From NCBI GenBank assembly GCA_964188305.1, contig OZ076889.1: a stretch of DNA of 64,000 nt; one strand, 5' to 3'. This DNA comes from Podarcis bocagei (lineage: Eukaryota). The notes under the pieces are model-generated. The model was not told the origin of the DNA, did not search any database, and was given only the letters and a program-made list of their open reading frames with translations. The translations under genes were made by a program, and so were the position numbers. Shown here piece by piece: positions 56,271-64,000 of the stretch (position 1 is the first letter of the stretch; each line of letters starts with the position of its first letter).

Positions 56271-58831
56271 CTAGAAGATGAAATAACATTGTGTTAGAGT
56301 CACAAACTTAATCCATTAATGGGCAAGAATCAGGAAGAGGTGGAATGTAAAGAATCCAACCAGAATCTGCAGTGCCTTCGAGAAATGCAACCGAGATGTA
56401 AAGGAGAATGGATCTCCTTGTGCCTCTCATAGTTTTGTAGCAGAGGGAATTTTTGAAAGTACAACTTCTCTTATCCCAACATGACAAGCTGCACTTATCA
56501 GTTGCTTCACAACTCCTGAAGGTACAGAGGCCGTGACCCCTCTTGTTGCTAGGTACCTTTCATGTCAGAACAAGGACTGGGAATAATGGAGAGCCAGATC
56601 ATCTGCTCAGTACTTGATACTCATAAAGGACTAAGAATTATAATTGTATGTGTTTTTGTACAGTTAAGTAGGTACAGTTAAGACTAACCATCTTCATCTG
56701 TTAACATTGTTACATCTGTTAACATCTGAAATATTGCCTCTCAGCCCTGATTATTTTGAGAGAGGAAGCTTTTTGCCTCCCTCAAGCTGTGTTGCTGAAA
56801 ATGCCATCCAGGGCTGCACTGAGTAGACTGTGTCTGGAGCTCTTTGGCTCTTCCAGTGCCAATATAGTCTACCTTTAGAGAAACTGAAATTAAAATAATG
56901 GGGTCTTGTTAGAAGAAAACCACTTGCAGCATAAATGGCAGGTGAAAATTCAAAGAATGAGGTTGCAGAAATAACTTGGAGAATTATTGAATCATTACAA
57001 AGTCTAAGGTCCAGATACACGTAAGCATAACAAACCTGCCACAGGTTGCAGGACTCCCCTGCAAGTCTTGCTGAGAAGTCATAGCTGATACACCAGAAAA
57101 ATAAGGACCTTCTACAGCAACGGCTTTCAGAACAGAGAGTCCCTTCAATAAGATGTTTGGGGAAGCACCTGAGGAAGAGTACCTTGGCTTCTTTGGTACT
57201 TTGCTATCTTACAGTGGGTTCCCTTAACAGCCTTATCAAAAGAGTGGGTAGTCTTTGAACTGCCCTTCTTATTTTATCTGCGGATGGAGAATATGATGAG
57301 ACACAGAATTATCCAGGTGGAGGCAGACAAGTTCTGTTAGAATTTTCAAAAGCACACTCACCCATCTACTTTGGTATTGTGAAACTAGGATGTCTGTTTA
57401 GCATAAGTAATTTCATATGGAACAGGAAGTATACTGAGCAACAAATTGCTGTGTATATGGTTATTTTCTTACTTGTATAATGGTTTTGTCCTGAGCTCTA
57501 TTCTGCCATTTCCTGACATGCAAAGATGAGCATAAGATGGTTGAACTTTCATATAGGATATATTCCACAACAAGATGTAATTCCCCCTTCCCATTGGCCT
57601 GTGAAGCTATTCTTCCCCTCTACATGGGGCAACCCTCATGGCTTCAAGCCACTAAATGTGTTCTTGATGGTTCCTCAAGCTCTCTTGACCAGCATAGTTT
57701 TGTGTGATAAGATGCCAATGGCCAAAACAGAATATGGAGTTTTGTGACAGCAGGAATTTGTTTCCTACCAGTGGAAGCCAATTTGCTTTCAGGTGACTGC
57801 TGATTGAATCAGTGATTGTTTCCCAACCTACAAAACACAATTGAATTGAGAAGTGTGGGAAAGTGTTATACAGTGATGGTCGTGAATTCTCCAATAAATG
57901 TTAGAAGTTCAAGCTTGATTCCCAGGAAGAGGCAGCTGGCTATTCTGCCATGCATGCCCAGCCTTAAATTGTCAGATTACAGCCTAGCAATCATGTTTGC
58001 TACTTTAAAACACATGAGCAGTGTAGCTGAACTATAACTCCCACCATCCTTGGCCGATGGGCCACAACTCCTGTAGGGCCACAGGTTTTACACCACTTCT
58101 TTAAAGGTCACAAGGTAGCAAGAGAGAATGCAGCTGCAACACCTCCTGCTCCATTCCTTCGCTGATCTTTGTGTCTGCCCTTTTTCCAGTACTTGCTGGA
58201 ACGAGCATGAGCATTGGGACTACACCATAGCATAGGTGAGTGAGATGACCAGTGGGGGAATTAGAGCAGGATGTCTAGAATCCTCCTGCATCAGATGGTT
58301 TAAAGCTAGAAGCAGGACCTCCAGGTTGCAGTCTGGCAATTCTGCATCTCTTGGTCCATGGGAGCTAAAAAGGAGAAGGAGCCCAGAAGAGAAGGGCAGT
58401 AGTGGCTGTAGAAGATGCAAGGGGCCCATAGTTGCCAGTTACCGACTTCAGCAGCTTGGTGCTCTACTGATGATGGTGGGGTCCAAAATGGATTAGCAAG
58501 TGGTACCAGCACCACTTTCTGAAAGAGCTCTTGACCCTAAGGAAGAGGTCTTCTGCATGGTTCTTGGACTTAGAAACCTCGGTACACGTGCCTGATACAG
58601 GTCATAGCCTTCAAGTACTGCATGTTCACACCCTTGAAGAACACACAGTGAATATAGCAAATTATAGGTTAGAATTGATACGTCAAGAAAATGAATTTGC
58701 ATCCTTGAAGTTCTCTCAATAGATGGAGTTATGGCAACTTTTGCGTAATGTCCCTAGAACAAAGGAATTGTGTAGGGTGGTAGACCCCCCATGTACGGTT
58801 AGTAAGGTTCTCTGATTTAGGGTTAGTTTAC

Positions 58832-58994
58832 CTTTAGCCAGAACAAGTATTGTCTCCCCCTGTTGGAATTCCAAGTCCTCTGGCTGGCTAGCTTCATAAG
58901 TATACCGTGCTACAACCTGTTTGGCATCTGTCTGTTTTGTTATCTTCTGCTCAGCCTCCTTTCCATCTTCCATATTTAGATTGTCTTTGCCTGC
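58832..58994 (-). CDS. NCF2: NCF2 penultimate exon (...VVARYTYEASQPEDLEFQQGETILVLAK), start of C-terminal SH3
   Basis: caccag|GCA...AAAG|gtaaac, 163 bp, phase 0 to 1. Confidence 0.9.
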
Positions 58995-61580
58995 CTGGTG
59001 TAAGAAACAGCCAGTTCAAACATCTCTTTAGATTAACAGTACATTAAAAAAACAAGCAAGCCTCCCACGTTCTTCATATCTATCTAATACTGCTGTAAAA
59101 ATGCAAGATTTTCAGTTAATCTTGCACCCGCAACTGGAAAATCTTCATCAGGATTAACAGAAATGAAGTCATTCACAGAGCCAGTATTAGGCCTCCTCTC
59201 TCATGTTTGTATGCTGAAGTTCAGCAGAGCCCTGAACTTTTTTTAGAGGGGTTGGGGCAAATGGTTTGGAAACATCAGGTGTCTGAGGCACAATTCCACC
59301 CCTTCAAAGCAGGAAGGGCTGTGTTTACAATGGGCAAGAGAGAGCTACCTCCTATCAGAGGAGCCTGCCCACTATGTTTCTGTATGACACTCTGTTCTGG
59401 GCATTCAGGTAACGCCGTGTTGGGAGTGATCAAAATATCAAGTTGTGTGCAGCGGATTTACCCACCTGCAGGGGCATCTGACAAGAAATGTCCCAAGTCC
59501 AGAGCAATGAACTGTGCAGAAAAATCCATCTGTCTTGAGAAACAATGGATTGTGTCTCCAGGGGTGAAGTCAAACTGCTGAGCTAGCAGCAGCCAAGTGA
59601 CCTCTCCAGGGTGCAAGCCCGGGCAGTGTGTCTGGAGATCCTGGGCTGTCCAGACGACAAGACCACTCTCTTGGCCTTGCTGATGTGGTCCAAAGGAAAG
59701 CAGAGCAATATCTTTGACACCAGCTTGGCTGCAAGAGTTGCTGGAAGGAGGCATACAAGGCGCCACCCAACCATCTTAGATACTCTTAGCCTTTTCTTCC
59801 CCCAAAGATGTCCCACAAGGCAGCAGAGGTGAGGATCTGATGGACTACCTTTGCAGGTGAATGAGCCCCATCTGCCTCTCATTTCCCTCTTCAGCACACG
59901 CAGAAAAGGCATGCAAGCCAAGTCCCTAACTTGCCGAGGGTTTGAAACTCATAGGCTACCCTCATCTGGTTTAGCCAGCCGGTCAAAGCTGTTCCCTGGG
60001 GTATGGCCACTGTCATATGCTGACAGCTTCTACGAGTTTGGGAATTACTGGAACAAATAAGATGGAGTATTTGTTTTCTTGGGGTTGTTTGTAACTATGA
60101 TATGAGCCAGTTCTAAGACTCCCTGCCCTAAGATTCCCTAATTTTACAATGCAGATCAGAGCTTAGAAGAGAACTCCAAAACCTCAAACCCACTTATGAA
60201 TATGCTATTCAAATACAATTCCACTCTTAATTTTATATATTTTATGTGCAAGCCTCATCCCACTTCCACGTATCCCACCTTAGTCGCAATTGTATGGGCA
60301 AGGGAAAAGAAGAGTTGTGTACAAAAACTGGTGTGCTGATAAGGGGAAAGAGGTGAGAGTTGCTAAGAAGGCAGCAAACAGCTCAGCACAACACTTCTAC
60401 CAACCTTGCCATCATCTCCTGGTCCCTTGCTGTGCAAAATGTGCACCAAACCTCTATAGGTTCACACTTCTTGAGGCCAGCTTATTAAGGAAATGATCGG
60501 TTTTCAATTTCTTTCACACACAAGCTGTAGATTCCAGAATATTCCTGGAATGCTGGCCACCAGATAGGAGCTAATTTTTACTGATGGCTTTGGAAATCTC
60601 TTGAGATTTATATCCAGGACTATTCTGCCCCTTGGAAATACAAATGTCAGATCAAGAAAATAAAACTTGTGCTTTAGAGTTGTATGCTTTTGCCTAATGA
60701 CTGGGATCCAAAGAACTGTGCAACTAATTGTGCAAGACCAAGGCAGCAGTTTTAGGCTTGTATTAAATAGAAACTTCCTGCCATGCCAGATGGCAACTTC
60801 TTTCCAAAATGCCTGCAGTTCAGTAGAAATCAAAAGTTCAACTGGACATGCCCATTCAGCAATTTTGGATCTGTGTGTAATTTTCATGCATGTAATTTGG
60901 ATGCTTTTTCCACCCTGAACTGCGAGTGTTTTATTCAATGAAGGCAGGGTGATGGCAAGCAAGAGAAGAGGTAAGGCAAAGGTGTTTTTTAGTACTTTTG
61001 CAGGTGGTATACACAGGTTTATTTTCACACACACACTTTTTTCTTCTTTTCTTTTTTTGTTAGACTGTGAATCAAGTTGGCAATGGCCATGAAGTGAACT
61101 TAGTTTGATTTGAACCCAGGTTTCCAAGATTACACTTGGTACACACTCCACTGTGGGCACAGTTAGGGGACAAAAAATGAAAGCTATGCTGCAGTTCTAT
61201 CTGTTCCAATCAATAGACTGGGATATTTTCAAATATTTATCCACCAACATCACTGATGCCATCAAGTCTATAAACTATAAAAAGCTAAATATAAGCAATA
61301 TTTAATTAAAGTGAATGGCTTTTTTTAAAATAAAAAAAACCCCAATTATAAATATTAAAGTGCTTGTCAAGTATCCCATTGCCAGTGTTCTCGTAGGCCA
61401 GATTGCAGGAAGAAAGGAGGAAACAGGGCTTCTTTCTGAGTGACTGAGCAGGAAAACACCTGCACATTTCGCTATTCTGGTTAACAAGGGTTAATAAATA
61501 GAAGCTGGACTTTCAGCAAAGGGCTCTGAAATATTTTGGGGAAGTGGGCGGAGATTGCCTTCTGCTCCAGTATTGCCTAC

Positions 61581-61695
61581 CTGCTCACTGCTGCACCACA
61601 ATGTCAAGCACTTGTCCTTGGCATGACTCCACACGGTCTCCATCCTGCTATCCTCACTGAGCAGCACCAGCTCCTTGGTGTCTGTAGGTCGGTAG
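61581..61695 (-). CDS. NCF2: NCF2 exon, PB1 C-terminal half (YRPTDTKELVLLSEDSRMETVWSHAKDKCLTLWCSSEQ)
   Basis: gttcag|C TAC...CAG|gtaggc, 115 bp. Confidence 0.9.
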
Positions 61696-61790
61696 CTGAA
61701 CAACAGACAGCAGAAACAAGTGAACACAGAAGCATCCCTCTCCTCAGTCGAGGTGGATTTGGCAAAGGGAGGCCAGGGCGCATCTCCTAC

Positions 61791-61936
61791 CTCAGTTTCG
61801 TGTGCTGGGGTGAGAGTCCCAGCTTCAGGCACACTTTCTCCAAGAGGCTGCAGTAAGACATCTCAGGGCTCCCTTGCAGGGCGATGGTGTATTTGTAATG
61901 CACTTTGACAATGTAGGGGGTGTCCAGGCCAATGAA
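61791..61936 (-). CDS. NCF2: NCF2 exon, PB1 N-terminal half (FIGLDTPYIVKVHYKYTIALQGSPEMSYCSLLEKVCLKLGLSPQHTKLS)
   Basis: ctacag|TTC...AG|gtagga, 146 bp; KVHYKYT p67phox PB1 motif. Confidence 0.9.
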
Positions 61937-62070
61937 CTGTAGGAGGAGGGAAATGGTACAAGGAGTGCCATGGTCTTTTAATTTTTCAAAAATAAGTTGA
62001 AATGTGTTCTCAGGATCCTGTTCAGCAGAAGGGAAAGAGTGCTTAATTTCTGAAGCAAATGGTGATGTAC

Positions 62071-62102
62071 TGGGAACTCTGCCATGAGATGGAATCCTTG
62101 TC
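62071..62102 (-). CDS. Candidate NCF2 micro-exon (GQGFHLMAEFP)
   Basis: ttaaag|GA CAA...CCA|gtacat, 32 bp, phase 1 to 0 as expected for the small exon preceding PB1; the donor is weak. Confidence 0.25.
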
Positions 62103-62261
62103 CTTTAAAAATCTAAAGTCTGTATATGCTCAGAGGCAACTTGTTATTTATTTACAGTCTTTACAACACCACCCAATTGCAAAATTCTATGGGGTGCTCA
62201 TGCTATTACAATGATAGCCCATAAAAATACAACGATAGCCCATAAAAGCAAAGACTAAATA

Positions 62262-62626
62262 GTAAAGGTAAAGGTACCCCTGCCCGTACAGGCCAGTCGT
62301 GTCTGACTCTAAGGTTGTGCGCTCATCTCATTTAAGAGGCCGAGAGCCAGCGCTGTCCGGAGACACTTCCGGGTCACGTGGCCAGTGTGACGAAGCTGCT
62401 CTGGTGAGCCAGCACCAGCGCAGCACACGGAAACGCCGTTTACCTTCCCGCTATAAAGCGGTACCTATTTATCTACTTGCACTTAAGGGTGCTTTCGAAC
62501 TGCTAGGTGGGCAGGAGCTGGGACCGAAAGACGGGAGCTCACCCCGCCGCGGGGATTCGAACCGCCGACCATGCGATCGGCAAGTCCTAGGCACTGAGGT
62601 TTTACCCACAGCGCCACCTGCGTCCC
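62262..62626 (-). mobile_element. Sauria SINE, full length, very similar to 8112-8483
   Basis: TSD aaagactaaata at 62250-62261 and 62630-62641. Confidence 0.9.
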
Positions 62627-63379
62627 AATAAAGACTAAATAAGGAAGTAGTAAAATCAGTATAACTAGGGTCCAGTAAAACTAAGGGCCAGTAAAAGCAA
62701 AAAGCTCCTCACCTTGCCCCCAAAAAACCAGGGGAGCATCTCACAGTCAGTGTGTTCCTACCAAAAAGGCCTTCTGCCTCATAGACACACACCACACCTG
62801 ACTTGGCTGCCACACACAGTAAAGATCACCAGAACATGGATAATGGAAACAAGACCCTCTGTCCAGGTAGGTCGCATATCAGTCTAAGCTGCTAAAATGT
62901 GTTCCGAGGTCACTGGGCCTCTAATCACACTGCTGGGTTACAAAGCACCTCTGGGTGGCAAACATGACCCTTTAGTGCAAGACTGGAGAACCTACGAGCC
63001 CCGCAAATCCCTTCAGCCTCAGTCAGGGGTAATGGGAACTGTAGTCCCAACAACATCTGGAGGAACACAGGCTCCCTATCCCTGCTTTGGGGGGCTGGGG
63101 GAGCAACAAACCCCATTAGAACAAATTGAATACCACCCACAAACATCCATCTAGTCTGGGCTGAGCCACAGTTTAGTGAGCCTCAACCAGTCCGTTACTG
63201 TGCCTAGGCGCTGATTTAGCACACCCTGTGCCACACCTGAGTTTGATGAAAGAGAGAGAACACTTAGTGTCACTCGCATCTTGGTGACATCTCAGTCGAA
63301 CTCTGGATTACCTCTTCCAGTGGTTTCAGGCAGCTGTTAAAGGGCTTGGGTGATAAAGCAGAACCCTGTAGGACCCCAA

Positions 63380-64000
63380 AGCATAATTACTGGGTGGGGA
63401 AAGGGAGGGACTTGTTGATACCAAGCCCAGAGCTATACCTTCTGTAGCTGGTCCTCCAAGGAGCAGAACCACTGCAGAAAGTTACCTCCAACATGAATAT
63501 TACAGTCCAGAGGGATATCCTGGTATGACAAGCCATGGAGAGGTCCAAGAGAATCAACAGGCTTGTCTTTCCCACTCTCTCTCATGGCAAAGATCATCCC
63601 ACAGGATGGCAAATCGGGCTTGAAAGCCAACTTAAATGGATCTCGAACATCAGTGAAATCAAAGTTAGTTGACTGGTAATCCCTAAGGTTTTTATTTTAA
63701 ATTTTGACTTCAAGGATAATTGGCATGGTTAAAGGATGAGTGGCTGGGCTACAAAACCAAGGGTAACTGCAAGAGCTATTTCTTTGTATGCCATTTGTTT
63801 ATCAATACAGAAGCTTCAGCCCAGTATACCTGAAGGAGTGTCTCTACCCCCATCGTTCAACCCGGACACTGAGGTCCAGCTCCAAGGGCCTTCATTGCAA
63901 GAAGTGTGCGTACAGGAACCAGGAAGAGGGCCTTCTCAGTAGTGGCGCCTGCCCTCTGGAATGTCCTCCCATCAGATGTCAAACAAGTAAACAACTATCT
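63380..64000. mobile_element. Degenerate L2-like fragments (minus near 63380-63620, plus near 63780-64000)
   Basis: GKTSLLILLDLS remnant on the minus strand; gccttctcagtagtggcgcctgccctctggaatgtcctccc (AFS..AP.LWN.LP) on the plus strand. Confidence 0.5.

Noticed and set aside
60504-61160. 218-aa minus-strand ORF in an NCF2 intron
   Set aside because: Non-ATG start, no recognisable domain, and the flanking NCF2 exons already join in phase.
63312-63333. Alternative NCF2 micro-exon candidate (ag|CTGCC...GAG|gtaat)
   Set aside because: At 22 nt it gives the wrong entry phase for the expected small exon, and it abuts L2 debris.
1-64000. CRISPR arrays, rRNA genes or prokaryotic operons
   Set aside because: None seen; the window is spliced vertebrate DNA and its repeats are microsatellites or transposon-derived.

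Overview
Vertebrate genomic DNA, most likely a lacertid-type squamate given Sauria SINEs and Bov-B LINEs. The + strand carries 22 coding exons of SMG7 (nonsense-mediated decay factor), from coding exon 2 at 4680 to the stop at 52831, plus a ~2.1 kb 3' UTR. Exon 1 is not in the window and exon 7 runs into an N gap. The last four clear coding exons of NCF2 (p67phox) lie tail-to-tail on the - strand (56161-61936). Introns are rich in SINEs, L1/L2/CR1/Bov-B fragments and Tigger/hAT-type DNA elements. The stand-out is a very young, complete Ty3/Gypsy element of the Tf1/sushi (PEG10-related) group at 21434-27978 in SMG7 intron 11, with apparently identical 753-bp LTRs and a GATAC target-site duplication. 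It has a G-GGA-AAC slippery site followed by an H-type pseudoknot. It lacks a tRNA primer site but has a 10-nt self-priming complement to its predicted transcript start. Its chromodomain has lost the aromatic cage. A 314-codon frame continues pol past a single TGA, through the PPT and the whole U3, and stops just before the polyA signal. The element sits in a nested L1 > Bov-B > (solo LTR, Gypsy) stack. Exon numbering and gene identities rest on my recollection of the human orthologues; no database search was run.
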